A stretch of 59,683 nucleotides of DNA, counting the filler. It is 5 parts of 5 records of this genome, joined end to end, with 100 filler letters (N's around TTAATTAATTAA, not from the genome) between each part and the next. Parts side by side here need not be neighbours in the genome. Positions count along the whole stretch, not along the records: positions 11,212 to 31,294 come from SRR2962707_1901; positions 31,395 to 37,093 come from SRR2962707_1902; positions 37,194 to 45,192 come from SRR2962707_1909; 2 more parts are not named here. The stretch is one strand, 5' to 3'. Shown in pieces: positions 26,779-37,342 of the stretch. The position numbers and the translations under genes are program-made. The notes beneath the pieces were generated by a model. It was not told the DNA's origin, ran no database searches, and worked only from the letters and a program-made list of their open reading frames with translations. Positions within the stretch are counted from its first letter, which is position 1. Every line of letters begins with the position of its first letter.

Positions 26779-27216
26779 ATGAACAATACATTCCTCAACA
26801 AACTGCTCGACACCAACGCTGGCTGGGGCGCGCTTGCCCTGCGCATTCCCGTCGGCATCATTTTCGTGGCTCACGGCGCCCAGAAGCTGTTTGGCTGGTT
26901 CGGTGGCTACGGACTGGAAGGCACCGGGCAGTGGTTAGATTCCATCGGCCTGAGCCCGGGTTACCTCATGGCTCTTCTGGCCGGTGGCACCGAGTTCCTG
27001 GGCGGCTTGGCGCTCATTATTGGGCTACTGGTTCGCCCCGCCAGTGCAGCACTGGCCTTCGCCATGTTGATTGCCATCTTCAGCGTGCATTTCCAGAATG
27101 GCCTGTTCATGAGCAACAACGGTTATGAATTCGCGCTGGCACTACTGGCGGCTTCAGTGTCCCTGCTGTTTAGCGGTGCCGGGCACGCTTCCGTAGACCG
27201 TTTGGCAACGAAATAA
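26779..27216 (+). CDS. DoxX family membrane protein
   Basis: HGAQKLFGWFGG, NNGYEF. Confidence 0.93.
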   Translation: MNNTFLNKLLDTNAGWGALALRIPVGIIFVAHGAQKLFGWFGGYGLEGTGQWLDSIGLSPGYLMALLAGGTEFLGGLALIIGLLVRPASAALAFAMLIAIFSVHFQNGLFMSNNGYEFALALLAASVSLLFSGAGHASVDRLATK

Positions 27217-27232
27217 ACAGGAGTATCGCGCC

Positions 27233-28006
27233 ATGACCAGTCTGTTCGTATCCCACGGCGCTCCCACCTTCGCACTGGAGCCGGGCCTGGCAGGCCCGGC
27301 CCTCTCGCAGCTTGGAACGGAACTGCCCCGACCAACTGCGGTGCTGGTGGTGTCGCCCCACTGGATGACACAGGAAGTGCAGGTGGGGCTGTCAGAGGTA
27401 CCGGCTACCATCCATGACTTTCGAGGCTTTGAGCCCGCCATGTACGAACTGGAGTACCCGGCGCATGGTCATCCCTCGCTCGCAAAGAAGGCTCTATCTC
27501 TGCTGGACAATGCCGGATGGAAGCCCGTCGCCGATGCCCATCGCGGCCTGGACCATGGTGCCTGGGTGCCGCTGACGTACCTGTACCCGGGCGCGTCGGT
27601 GCCGGTGTTCCAGGTGTCTCTGCCAGCAAACCTCGACAGCCAGTCCGCCTACCAACTGGGCCAAGTGCTGGCGCCGCTGCAAGAGGAAGGTGTGCTGATC
27701 GTCGGTTCGGGCAGTCTGACTCATAACCTCTACGAGGTACGCTGGAGGGATAACAACAGTGCAGAGTACGCAAAGGCCTTTAGCCAATGGGTTCGTGAAG
27801 CGGTTCTGGAAAACGACCAGGCACGCCTGATAAACACTCTGGCGCTCGCGCCCCATGCCCAGCGCGCACACCCCACCACGGAGCACTTTCTGCCGTTGCT
27901 GGTTGCACTGGGTGCCGCTGGCCCCGACGCACGCGGCTCGGTCATTGAAGGCGGCATTGAGCATGGTGTGCTGTCGATGGATTCCTTTATCTTTCGCAAT
28001 GCCTGA
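27233..28006 (+). CDS. DODA-type/LigB extradiol dioxygenase (YgiD-like)
   Basis: SHGAP, SPHW, GLDHGAW, GSGSLTHNL, HPTTEHFLPL. Confidence 0.93.
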   Translation: MTSLFVSHGAPTFALEPGLAGPALSQLGTELPRPTAVLVVSPHWMTQEVQVGLSEVPATIHDFRGFEPAMYELEYPAHGHPSLAKKALSLLDNAGWKPVADAHRGLDHGAWVPLTYLYPGASVPVFQVSLPANLDSQSAYQLGQVLAPLQEEGVLIVGSGSLTHNLYEVRWRDNNSAEYAKAFSQWVREAVLENDQARLINTLALAPHAQRAHPTTEHFLPLLVALGAAGPDARGSVIEGGIEHGVLSMDSFIFRNA

Positions 28007-28122
28007 AACCCGGAACCTTTGCTGCCGTATCTAATTCCGTTGCCCTGAACTGACCGATAACGGTAAAGTTCCTGCAGCAAAACGGACGCGGGGATGACCA
28101 GCCCCATGGATACGGGTGGAAT

Positions 28123-28527
28123 GTGACACTACAACGGCACAATCGATGGCCTGTATGGATAGCCCTGCTATCCATGCTGCTCATCTATCTGGGGCCATTG
28201 CTCACCAAAGCCCAGCTGCCCCAGCACGCCGAACCAACGCATCACTCGGCCGAGCCTTCCCATCACGCCAAGCACAAACACCACGGCCACCCACCTGAGC
28301 ACGCTCCCGACAAGCATTCTGACCCGTTCGAGCACCTGGCCCATGGGGACTGTGGCTACTGCGTTTTGCTCACCAAACTGCCGGCCATGTCACCCCAGGG
28401 CGCCCAAGGTGCGCCTTCAGACCATACTGGCAGCCGTCACCCTGCATCGCTGACCTCGATCTCTGCCCCACGGGGCATTCCAAGTTTTCCCAACGCGCCT
28501 GTTCGCGCCCCACCGCTCATCGTCTGA
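28123..28527 (+). CDS. DUF2946-family His-rich protein with CxxC and C-terminal RAPP (CruR/CutF-like leader)
   Basis: Signal/TM segment, His-rich tract, CGYC, ends PVRAPPLIV. Confidence 0.8.
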   Translation: MTLQRHNRWPVWIALLSMLLIYLGPLLTKAQLPQHAEPTHHSAEPSHHAKHKHHGHPPEHAPDKHSDPFEHLAHGDCGYCVLLTKLPAMSPQGAQGAPSDHTGSRHPASLTSISAPRGIPSFPNAPVRAPPLIV

Positions 28528-28566
28528 CCTCCGCACTTTCCCTTTAAATCCGTAGTGAGGAAGACC

Positions 28567-29964
28567 ATGAACGAATCACGATCCACCGGCGCGCCGCGCT
28601 GGGGATACACTCTGCTATTGCGCCTGCATTTCTACGCAGGACTTCTCGTTGGCCCGTTTATATTCGTGGCCGCCCTTTCAGGCGCGCTGTTCGCACTGAC
28701 GCCACAGATTGAAAGCTGGCTCTACCACACCGAACTGACCACCGAGTTCACTGGCAATGCTCACCCACTGGCCAGCCAGATCGGGGCTGCACGGAACCAC
28801 ATTGGCAACGATGCCGCCCTCGCTGCAGTCCGCCCGGCACCGGAAGCGGGCCAGACCACGCGGGTCATGTTTGCGGTGGATGACCTGCAACCCTACGAAC
28901 ATCAGGCGGTGTTTGTGGACCCGGTTTCCCTGGCGATTCGCGGTGACCTGGTGGTTTACGGCACCAGCGGCACCCTGCCGTTCCGCATCTGGATCGATTA
29001 CGTACACCGGCATTTGCATTTGGGTGAGGTTGGTCGCTACTACAGCGAACTGGCCGCCTCCTGGCTCTGGCTGGTGGCACTGGGGGGCCTGTTCCTGTGG
29101 TGGCGACGCCGCTCAACCAGCCGAAGCGGCAAGGACACGGAGAGAAGCACACTTAGCAAATGGCATAGTCGTATTGGCGTGGTGTTGTTGATGGCCTTTC
29201 TGTTCTTCTCGGTAACCGGCCTGACCTGGTCCAAGTGGGCCGGTGCCAATATTGCCGAACTGCGCACGCAACTGGATTGGGGCACACCAGGGCTGAACAC
29301 GCAGATCGCCGATTCAGCCGCCGCTCAGGCTCACAGCCATGGTGAACACGCCGGACACGGAATGGCCATGCCAATGGCCACGGGCAGAGACAACGCACCC
29401 ACCTATGATGCCGTACTGGAACGTGCCCGGGCTGCGGGCATCGATGCCGGCATGGTGGAAATCAAGCCGTCGGCAGACGCTACCCGTGCCTGGGTGGTTC
29501 GTGAAATCGACCGCAGCTGGCCGACACAGGTGGATATGGTGGCGGTTGATCCCAAGTCCATGGCTGTGACCGACCGGGTGGATTTCGAAACCTTCCCGAT
29601 CGCCGCCAAACTCACCCGCTGGGGCATCGACGCCCACATGGGCATTCTGTTTGGCCTGGCCAACCAGCTCTTTGTGGCGGCCTGCGCCTTGGGTCTGTGC
29701 GTGATGATCGCGTTGGGCTATCGAATGTGGTGGCTGAAGCGCCCGACGCGAGGGGCATCCAATCAGCGGTCCGCCCAGCGGGTGTGGACAGAATTGCTCA
29801 AGGCACCGCCCCTGGCAATGCTGGCCATGGCGATAGTTGCGGTCGGATTAGGATGGTTTGCGCCGGTGATGGGCGTCAGCCTTGGGGTGTTTCTTGTTGT
29901 GGATGGGTTTCTGGCCTTCCGGAGCTACAAGCAAAGCGAACAAGCAACTTCCGAATACAGTTGA
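28567..29964 (+). CDS. PepSY-associated TM helix domain protein
   Basis: RLHFYAGL, SELAASW, WHSRIG, SVTGLTWS, GIDAHMG. Confidence 0.92.
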   Translation: MNESRSTGAPRWGYTLLLRLHFYAGLLVGPFIFVAALSGALFALTPQIESWLYHTELTTEFTGNAHPLASQIGAARNHIGNDAALAAVRPAPEAGQTTRVMFAVDDLQPYEHQAVFVDPVSLAIRGDLVVYGTSGTLPFRIWIDYVHRHLHLGEVGRYYSELAASWLWLVALGGLFLWWRRRSTSRSGKDTERSTLSKWHSRIGVVLLMAFLFFSVTGLTWSKWAGANIAELRTQLDWGTPGLNTQIADSAAAQAHSHGEHAGHGMAMPMATGRDNAPTYDAVLERARAAGIDAGMVEIKPSADATRAWVVREIDRSWPTQVDMVAVDPKSMAVTDRVDFETFPIAAKLTRWGIDAHMGILFGLANQLFVAACALGLCVMIALGYRMWWLKRPTRGASNQRSAQRVWTELLKAPPLAMLAMAIVAVGLGWFAPVMGVSLGVFLVVDGFLAFRSYKQSEQATSEYS

Positions 29965-29985
29965 CAATCTCCTGCGCCCTATGAT

Positions 29986-30018
29986 GTTATCACCGGTAAC
30001 AATGTTATCGGTGATAAC
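29986..30018. promoter_or_regulatory. Inverted-repeat operator, probable TetR site
   Basis: GTTATCACCG-gtaacaatgttat-CGGTGATAAC immediately before the tetR start. Confidence 0.75.
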
Positions 30019-30020
30019 TT

Positions 30021-30659
30021 ATGACTGTTAGCTCCACCCCACTCAAAACCAATTACCACCATGGTGACCTGCCCCAACAGGCGCATCAGTTAGCCCTGGA
30101 AATTCTGCGGGAACATGGCGATGCGGCGATCAGCCTGCGGGCCCTGGCCAAGCAGATTGGGGTCAGTGCACCTGCGCTGTATCGACACTTCGTTGACCGG
30201 GATAGCCTGCTCGCAGAGCTCGCCATCACCGGTTTCAATGCACTACGGGAACGACTGCTCGCCGTTGATCAAAGCGACCCCAGGCGGGCGCTGATTGATA
30301 TCGGCCTGGTTTACGTGTCGTTCGCCCGGGACGAACCCAACTTGTACCGGCTGATGTTTGGCGGGCGGGTGCTGCCCAAAGGTATTCACCCGCGCCTGGA
30401 CACCGCCGGAAAGGGAGCTTTCCAAGTCCTGGAAGACACCATTGCACAAGCGCAGGCGGTCGGTTACGTCAAACCGATTCCGTTGTCACTGATGACAGCT
30501 GCCGCCTGGTCCCTGGTACATGGCCTGTCCCAGTTGTCTATCGACGGGCACCTGCCCAGCACGAAGGCGGAACCTCACCTGACCGAAGGTGTTGTCACAC
30601 TCCTGCTCGATGGCTCAATTGCCGAAAACAAACAACACAATAAGGACACCACATCATGA
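30021..30659 (+). CDS. TetR/AcrR family regulator
   Basis: YHHGDL, SLRALAKQIGVSAPALYRHF, WSLVHG. Confidence 0.95.
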   Translation: MTVSSTPLKTNYHHGDLPQQAHQLALEILREHGDAAISLRALAKQIGVSAPALYRHFVDRDSLLAELAITGFNALRERLLAVDQSDPRRALIDIGLVYVSFARDEPNLYRLMFGGRVLPKGIHPRLDTAGKGAFQVLEDTIAQAQAVGYVKPIPLSLMTAAAWSLVHGLSQLSIDGHLPSTKAEPHLTEGVVTLLLDGSIAENKQHNKDTTS

Positions 30660-31294
30660 GTAGCCCCAAACCCAGTACTATCCGTGTCGGGCGGCGCTAT
30701 CGCGCCAATCGTCTTGATGGCCCCTATGACGCCATTGTCATCGGCTCCGGTATTGGCGGGCTCACCACCGCCGCCTGCATGAGCAAAATGGGTAAAAAAG
30801 TGGTGGTGTTCGAGCAGCACTACACCGCCGGGGGCTTTACTCACAGCTACGATCGCAACGGCTACGAATGGGATGTAGGTGTGCATTACATTGGTGATGT
30901 GGGCGCGGACCACACCCTGAGCAAACGACTGTTCGACCACATTACCGACGGCCAGTTGAAGTGGGCGCCTATGGACAGCCACTTTGACCGCATCTTTATT
31001 GGTAACCGCCATGTGGATCTTGTCGCCGGCCCGGACGCCTTCAAAGCAGAGTTAAAGAAGGAGTTTCCCGGCGAGGAACAGGCCATCGATACCTACCTGG
31101 GTTATCTGCGGCAAGTGGCCAAGGCCATGCCCGGGCTGGTGATAGGCAAGGTACTGCCGGACCTGGCCGCCGGCCCCCTGCGCAAGCTGGTCGACCGCAC
31201 CGCGCCTGCGTTCCTCAACAAGCCCACTCGAGAAGTTCTGGAGAGCCTGACCAACAACCAGGAACTGATCGCGGTGCTCACCGGCCAGTGGGGC
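30656..31294 (+). CDS. Phytoene desaturase/retinol saturase-like FAD oxidoreductase (3' truncated)
   Basis: IGSGIGG, EQHYTAGG, WDVGVHY. Confidence 0.88.
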
Positions 31295-31394
31295 NNNNNN
31301 NNNNNNNNNNNNNNNNNNNNNNNNNNNNNNNNNNNNNNTTAATTAATTAANNNNNNNNNNNNNNNNNNNNNNNNNNNNNNNNNNNNNNNNNNNN
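31295..31394. other. Artificial contig linker
   Basis: N-run, TTAATTAATTAA, N-run. Confidence 0.98.
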
Positions 31395-31395
31395 C

Positions 31396-31920
31396 CTTCT
31401 TCGTTGGGCAGGTGATGATCCCGAGCGCGAAGGTCTGCTTGGAACGCCGGACCGCGTGGCGCGCTCCTATGGCGAGTTTTTTGCCGGTTATCAGCAGGAC
31501 CCTGCGGAAATCTTGCGTCGTACCTTTGAAGAAACCGACGGCTATGACGAAATGGTCGTGCTGCGTGATATCCGTGTCGAATCTTATTGTGAACACCACA
31601 TGGTTCCGATCATCGGGGTTGCCCATGTTGCGTATTTGCCGCGCAAACGGGTTGTGGGGATCTCAAAACTTGCCCGCGTGGTCGAAGTGTATTCCAAGCG
31701 CCTGCAGATTCAGGAAAAGATGACCGCACAGGTTGCCAACACCATTCAGGAAGAACTGGACCCGCTTGGTGTGGCTGTTGTGATTGATGCCAACCATCAA
31801 TGCATGAGCACACGCGGTGTCCATCAAACCGGTGTGTCCATGGTGACCAGCCGTATGCTTGGCGCATTTCGCGATGATCCAATCACACGCCGTGAATTCT
31901 TTGCGATGATCGGTCGATAA
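31396..31920 (+). CDS. folE: GTP cyclohydrolase I (5' truncated)
   Basis: [25 protein letters not shown]. Confidence 0.96.
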   Translation, partial: LLRWAGDDPEREGLLGTPDRVARSYGEFFAGYQQDPAEILRRTFEETDGYDEMVVLRDIRVESYCEHHMVPIIGVAHVAYLPRKRVVGISKLARVVEVYSKRLQIQEKMTAQVANTIQEELDPLGVAVVIDANHQCMSTRGVHQTGVSMVTSRMLGAFRDDPITRREFFAMIGR

Positions 31921-32025
31921 TCGGTTGATCAGATCGATGTGAATGACAAAGGCCGCAGCATTATGCTGCGGCCTTTAATTTTGCAAGATCGATTAGATAA
32001 CCCGCTATTTATAGGGCTGCCTGAT

Positions 32026-32475
32026 TTATTCGCGGAAATCGCTATGACAGGATTTACATGTCTTAAGCACGTTGCCCAGAGCACCTTTGAAGTCATCTTC
32101 CGGGCCATTATTGGCGGCAACGGTTTTGAGTGCTGCGGCGTTGCTTTCAAGTTGCGAAGCCAAACCTGTGAATTTCGACCAGTCGTCCCAGATTTCAGGC
32201 AAAGCTTCGGACGGGTGTTTGTCACTTCCTTCGGGGAAAAGCCTGATAAAGGTTTCGCCCGCGTGGGTTTCGATGATGCTTGCCGATTTGGCGACTGTCA
32301 CCGGGTCATAGGGTAAGGTGCCTTTCATCATTGGCACCAAGATCTTTACCTGCTGACCAATTGCCTTCATGCCGTCCATGCGTTCCTTGACCACGCCCGT
32401 CGCACTTTCATGGGCAATGGCGGTGATGCTTGCCGTCATTGTAAGGGCTGTGACTGCTCCGATAAAAATTCTCAA
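32026..32475 (-). CDS. Cytochrome c' (class II)
   Basis: Signal peptide, ERMDGMK, ALPEIW, C-terminal CKSCH. Probable TTG start. Confidence 0.9.
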   Translation of the reverse strand: MRIFIGAVTALTMTASITAIAHESATGVVKERMDGMKAIGQQVKILVPMMKGTLPYDPVTVAKSASIIETHAGETFIRLFPEGSDKHPSEALPEIWDDWSKFTGLASQLESNAAALKTVAANNGPEDDFKGALGNVLKTCKSCHSDFRE

Positions 32476-32533
32476 CTCTCTTGTCCCCTGTTTCTTCTGT
32501 TCCTGCGTGTTGTTTAATGAGGATTTTGGCACT

Positions 32534-33388
32534 CTATACCCCAAATTGTGAAAGAATTCGGTCAACGGAACCGACATAAGATCCACCAAATAAACGAACA
32601 TGCACCAATAATGGATAAAGATTATACAAATCCCGGCGTTCCTCGAAGAAGCCCGGTTCAATCTTGCTCACCTCACTGTACTGTTCGAAAAATTCCGGCG
32701 TCAGATCCCCGAACAATGTGCCAAAGGAAAGTTCGATTTCACGGTCGCCATAATAGATCGCCGGATCAATAAGGCCTGCAACCTTGCCGTCGTGGCATAG
32801 GATGTTTCCGCCCCACAGGTCGCCATGCAGCAAGGATGCTGCCGGTTTATCCGCGATCAGATCGCCAAGTTTTACAATCAACTTGTCAATCCGGTTCACC
32901 AAACGTGTGGGCAAATGACCTTTCTGATGGGCAGCCGTTGCCATATATCGAAGTCGATGTTCGCCAAAAAACGTGATCCAGCTTTTACTCTGGGTGTTTG
33001 GCTGATGCAGTCCGCCAATCAATGTGTCAAAAGACAATCCATATTGATCGGCTGTTACTGCATGTTGTTTGGCAAGCTGTCTGGCCAAATCGCGTTGTAC
33101 TGATCCAGACATCTGACCATCATTGGCAATAAAACCCATCACCAGACAAGTGGAATCGTCATACAGTACATTCGGGCTTCGAATAGGGGAATGGTCTGTC
33201 AGATACCGCAGCATTGCGGCTTCTACATCCAGATTGGCGTCGGCACCCGCCTTAATAACCAGTGACTGTCCGTTATCCAGATCAACCCGCATGACCTTGG
33301 AAATACATCCGCCCGACAGGTGTGATCGGGCAATGATTTTCGCCCCGGTCAAATCCGTGATCCGTTGAGACAAGATCGGATCAGTCAT
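32534..33388 (-). CDS. Fructosamine kinase family protein
   Basis: SGGCIS, LLHGDLWGGN, IDPAIYYGDRE. Confidence 0.93.
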   Translation of the reverse strand: MTDPILSQRITDLTGAKIIARSHLSGGCISKVMRVDLDNGQSLVIKAGADANLDVEAAMLRYLTDHSPIRSPNVLYDDSTCLVMGFIANDGQMSGSVQRDLARQLAKQHAVTADQYGLSFDTLIGGLHQPNTQSKSWITFFGEHRLRYMATAAHQKGHLPTRLVNRIDKLIVKLGDLIADKPAASLLHGDLWGGNILCHDGKVAGLIDPAIYYGDREIELSFGTLFGDLTPEFFEQYSEVSKIEPGFFEERRDLYNLYPLLVHVRLFGGSYVGSVDRILSQFGV

Positions 33389-33391
33389 GGA

Positions 33392-33868
33392 TCAAATACC
33401 GTGTTGATTGCGGATATGGGCCAACAGGCGACGGGATGTTTCTTCGATCATATCAAACACATCAACAAAGCCGTTCGTGCCACCGTAATAGGGATCGGGA
33501 ACACTTTGACCGGACAGTTTTGGGTGGTAATCCAAAAAGAGTTTTAGTTTCTGCTGACTTGCCGAAGGGGCCTGACGGCGCATATCGCGCAGGTGCCCGT
33601 CATCCATGGCCAGAATATAGTCAAACTCTGTGTAGTCGCCGGGTTTGATTTTGCGCGACCGTATATGGCCAAGATCATATCCCCGGCTTTGAGCCATTTG
33701 GTGTGATCGTGTGTCGGGCAATTCGCCAACGTGATAGGCCGAAAGCCCGCAGCTATCGACAGTAACCTGCTCAGACAGACCGGCCGCTGCAACCATGTCC
33801 GTAAACACGCCATCTGCGGTGGGCGAACGGCAGATGTTGCCAGTACATACAAAAAGAACCTTGATCAC
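33392..33868 (-). CDS. Low-molecular-weight protein tyrosine phosphatase
   Basis: VCTGNICRS, DPYYG. Confidence 0.95.
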   Translation of the reverse strand: MIKVLFVCTGNICRSPTADGVFTDMVAAAGLSEQVTVDSCGLSAYHVGELPDTRSHQMAQSRGYDLGHIRSRKIKPGDYTEFDYILAMDDGHLRDMRRQAPSASQQKLKLFLDYHPKLSGQSVPDPYYGGTNGFVDVFDMIEETSRRLLAHIRNQHGI

Positions 33869-34081
33869 GTGCTATCCAGCAATTTTGATTGGGAAAGCGC
33901 AAGACTGACATGCCCCGGAATGTGAGGCAATGGCTGCTTGGGGTGGTGAAAACCATAACGCTGATTTCGCAATTGCAGCAATCTTGCAATGTAACAGCTT
34001 CGTGACATTTCCAATCTGACCCTGACAGCCATATAATTAGTTTGTATGATCACGCCATATTTTGAATTTTGGTACTGTTTT

Positions 34082-35041
34082 ATGCAGGAATTTGTTTCAT
34101 TCGGCTTGCACGTTGCGTTGATCCGCCAGTTGGCGTGGTTGCCGCGCGGTTATGACCTTGTGCCGGCAGGGACGGTGGTTACGTCTGCCAAATTGCGCAG
34201 TATCATGCTGTCACTCGAAGAGGCAAATGGTCCGGCCGTGCTTGTGCGCCTTGGGCGGCATCTTGCAGCCAAGGAACAGGCGCCGATCCTGACCATGCTG
34301 CGCCATGTTGCAACACCGGGCATGATTGCAGATCGCTGGCGCCGGCTCGAAGGATATTCCCATGCACGCGCGCGAAGCGACTATCAGGTCACGGGGAAGT
34401 CCATGACCTTTCATCGCGGTGTTGTGCGTGGGCAGCCCCCGGCACGGGTTGAAAACCTGTTGTTGCACGGGTTCCTGATCGGGTTGCTTGAGGCCGTCGG
34501 GGCCGATTTCATTGATAGTACGATTTTGCCAAGTCACGGGCCTGCTGTGTCGGTCATGCGCAACGGACGTCTGAGTGAGAAATTTAAGTTCAATGGGCGC
34601 GGTTTGCGGTTTCGCATTACTTGGAAAAGTTTCGAACCGGTTTCCTCCTCTTATCCATTCATGGCCAATATGCCCGGAACGGCGCCTTCTATTTCGGCAC
34701 AGCGCCCCATTGTCCAGCAGCTCTGTACCATTCTTGAGCAGGACATCGGGCGCAGCTGGACGATTGACGATGTGGCGGCTGCCCTTGATACGTCTGGTCG
34801 GACGCTGCAGCGTCGTCTGCAATATGCCAACAGTCGTTTTTCCGATTTGCTGCGTCTTGTTCGGGTGCGCGAAGCATGTCGTCTTCTGTGCGGGACGACA
34901 TTATCCGTTGGTGAAATCGGCTTTTGGTGCGGATTTACCGACAATGCCCATTTTTCACGTGATTTCCGAAGGTTGGTCAGTATGCCACCGTCGGTCTATC
35001 GCGAAGCAAGCTACGGGCATGCAGGGCTGACACGGGCGTGA
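34082..35041 (+). CDS. AraC family regulator
   Basis: SGRTLQRRL, CGFTDNAHFSRDFRR. Start uncertain. Confidence 0.88.
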   Translation: MQEFVSFGLHVALIRQLAWLPRGYDLVPAGTVVTSAKLRSIMLSLEEANGPAVLVRLGRHLAAKEQAPILTMLRHVATPGMIADRWRRLEGYSHARARSDYQVTGKSMTFHRGVVRGQPPARVENLLLHGFLIGLLEAVGADFIDSTILPSHGPAVSVMRNGRLSEKFKFNGRGLRFRITWKSFEPVSSSYPFMANMPGTAPSISAQRPIVQQLCTILEQDIGRSWTIDDVAAALDTSGRTLQRRLQYANSRFSDLLRLVRVREACRLLCGTTLSVGEIGFWCGFTDNAHFSRDFRRLVSMPPSVYREASYGHAGLTRA

Positions 35042-35173
35042 CCATCGTTGGACGTGGATGACCAATGAACGGGCAATGATTGACCCCTTTGGCATCCTTG
35101 TTTATCAGCAGATCGCACATGCCACACAATCCTGTGCCCGGCGCGGATGATCTTTCCAGTTTGCGAGGCTGCC

Positions 35174-36439
35174 ATGACCAACGCATCCAAAAACGACGGC
35201 CAATATGCCGGTTTCCTGCCGCCTTTTTTCCACGATCGGCCAGATGCCGATGACGTCATGATCAAAACGTGGGCTGTCGGGGATGGTTTGGTCGATCATT
35301 CGATTCCCGAAATTCCTGGCCCGCTTTCACTGTTCTTTGATCTGGTGGCACCGGCTGCTCAGCGTGCGGGCGCCACGGGATTTGCGATGCTTTGGCTTGA
35401 TCGTCATCCGCATGAAGAACCAGGTTGGCGCCTGTCGCTTGGTCATGTTGGAACGGTCGATGACCTTGAATTGGCGGTGGCCAAGCCACTTGCACGGCTT
35501 GTCGGTGCAACAAAACTAGCAGAATTTGAAACAGAAAACTGGCATGTGACCCGCCCTTTGTGGCGCAAGCGTGCCGAACCGGTAAAGCTTGTTTTCTGGG
35601 GTGATTTTGCCCGTCATGCACGTGCCATTCTGGGGCATGGCGATGGATCAGGGTTTTATCAGCCACTTGGTGCGGGGCTTCGGTCTGATCACGTAGCAGC
35701 CTCTTTGCCGCTGCTGGAAGATATGCTCGGCGAGCCGTTCCTCTTAAACGGTATGGGGTTTGAAGATGCCCTGCGGTTGGGGATCGCACTTGGCCGTGCG
35801 CATCTAATTGAAAGCTGGATTGAGGCCGGTGGGACGGAAAAGGAGCCCTATTTCCGCCCTATGCGCATATGGCATCAGGCTTGGCTGTCCAATGCGCTGA
35901 TTGATCCTGCTGTGGCAAGTCTTGCCATGTCGGGTCAGCCACCAATGCCTGCGCTGGATTTTTCAAGCACTGCCACACCTGATACCCGCCGTAGGGCTCT
36001 TGATGATGTTTCAGCGTGGCTAACAACTGTCTTTTTTAATGATGAATATCCCGCGTTGCGAAATGCCTTTGTTGCCGGTGTGCAAAATGCCGTTTGGCTT
36101 GACAGTGACCTTCAGCAATATGTTCAGCCACAGCAACGCGCAGAAATCTTGCAAGGTCTGATGCCCTATTGTCGCTGGTTCTTGGCGATGGCGCTTTATA
36201 ACCATCTTGGCAATCTTGCGGCTGGGACGGCGCGCGAAGATCAATCGGAATTTTATGCGACATTGCTTGATGCCCTGCCCGAACTGGCCCCGCTTAGTGA
36301 TCTTGCCGCCCAGCGCGATATCGAACAGCACATCATTCGCATTGATGCCGCCCGGGCGGCATCTGCGTTTGACACCCTTGTCTTGCCATTCTGTGATTTG
36401 TTGATGCCAAGGCGTTCATTTGATGCGGCACGTGCCTGA
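35174..36439 (+). CDS. Hypothetical protein
   Basis: Long ORF with GAGG RBS. No confidently recognised family. Confidence 0.65.
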   Translation: MTNASKNDGQYAGFLPPFFHDRPDADDVMIKTWAVGDGLVDHSIPEIPGPLSLFFDLVAPAAQRAGATGFAMLWLDRHPHEEPGWRLSLGHVGTVDDLELAVAKPLARLVGATKLAEFETENWHVTRPLWRKRAEPVKLVFWGDFARHARAILGHGDGSGFYQPLGAGLRSDHVAASLPLLEDMLGEPFLLNGMGFEDALRLGIALGRAHLIESWIEAGGTEKEPYFRPMRIWHQAWLSNALIDPAVASLAMSGQPPMPALDFSSTATPDTRRRALDDVSAWLTTVFFNDEYPALRNAFVAGVQNAVWLDSDLQQYVQPQQRAEILQGLMPYCRWFLAMALYNHLGNLAAGTAREDQSEFYATLLDALPELAPLSDLAAQRDIEQHIIRIDAARAASAFDTLVLPFCDLLMPRRSFDAARA

Positions 36440-36513
36440 TCGCACAGAACAGTTCCTAAACGAAATAGGTCCGCCAGTATCATGCTGGCGGACCTTTGTT
36501 GTCTTTACCGTGA

Positions 36514-37093
36514 TTAATGCGGGTGGGCGGCAATCGGTCGGCTTGAAACAATCTTGAACCGGATCGCAAGGCCGCTTACAGCAACAAGGCTCGCAATCAC
36601 TATGCCCCAGAACAGGCCAGGCACACCCATGCCTTGCGTGAATGTTAGGTAGTATCCCACCGGGATCATGATGCACAGATAAGACACCAGATGCAGTATG
36701 GTCGGTGCCCACGTATCCCCCGCACCACGTAAGGCATTGATCGCCGCATTTTGCCCGCCGTCGGTTGGGAAAATAATCGGCATCAGAACCAGTACCGAAA
36801 CGGTCGTCAGGATCACCGCGCCATCTTTGGTAAACAGATGGGCAACCGCATCCGGAAACAGATAAAGCGGTGCGCTTAGGACAAACATCACCGCCATCGT
36901 GGTCAAAAGACCGACCCAACCGGCAAGTGCCATGTCAGGCCTGTCGCGCCGGCCATAGGCAATGCCAACCCGAACCGAGGTTGCCGATGCCAGTCCAAGG
37001 GCAACCATAAACATCAAAGCCAGCATCGTCATGGCAATGCCATAACTTGCGGCCGCGACAACGCCCAACCGACCGGCAAAAAGCTGCATGGCG
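36514..37093 (-). CDS. MATE efflux transporter (5' truncated)
   Basis: ATSVRVG, DGGQ, ALRGAGDT, GVPGLFWG. Confidence 0.92.
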
Positions 37094-37193
37094 NNNNNNN
37101 NNNNNNNNNNNNNNNNNNNNNNNNNNNNNNNNNNNNNTTAATTAATTAANNNNNNNNNNNNNNNNNNNNNNNNNNNNNNNNNNNNNNNNNNNN
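37094..37193. other. Artificial contig linker
   Basis: N-run, TTAATTAATTAA, N-run. Confidence 0.98.
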
Positions 37194-37219
37194 TTCTTTC
37201 TTTCTTTCTTTCTTTCTTT
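37194..37219. repeat. (TTTC)n microsatellite
   Basis: Tandem TTTC at the contig start. Confidence 0.9.
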
Positions 37220-37342
37220 GCTCAGCCCTTGTCTGCGGTCGTTCAATCTGCGTGTTCGTGAGCAAGCCGATTCAGCATACCGGTGTTAAGTCCATGAAGC
37301 AGTTTTTTCTGACAGGCGAGGCATAAAGTTGCCAGCAGCATT

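Noticed and set aside
29961-29985. TTGACA...TATGAT sigma70 promoter
   Set aside because: The spacer is only 13 nt, so it is not supportable as written.
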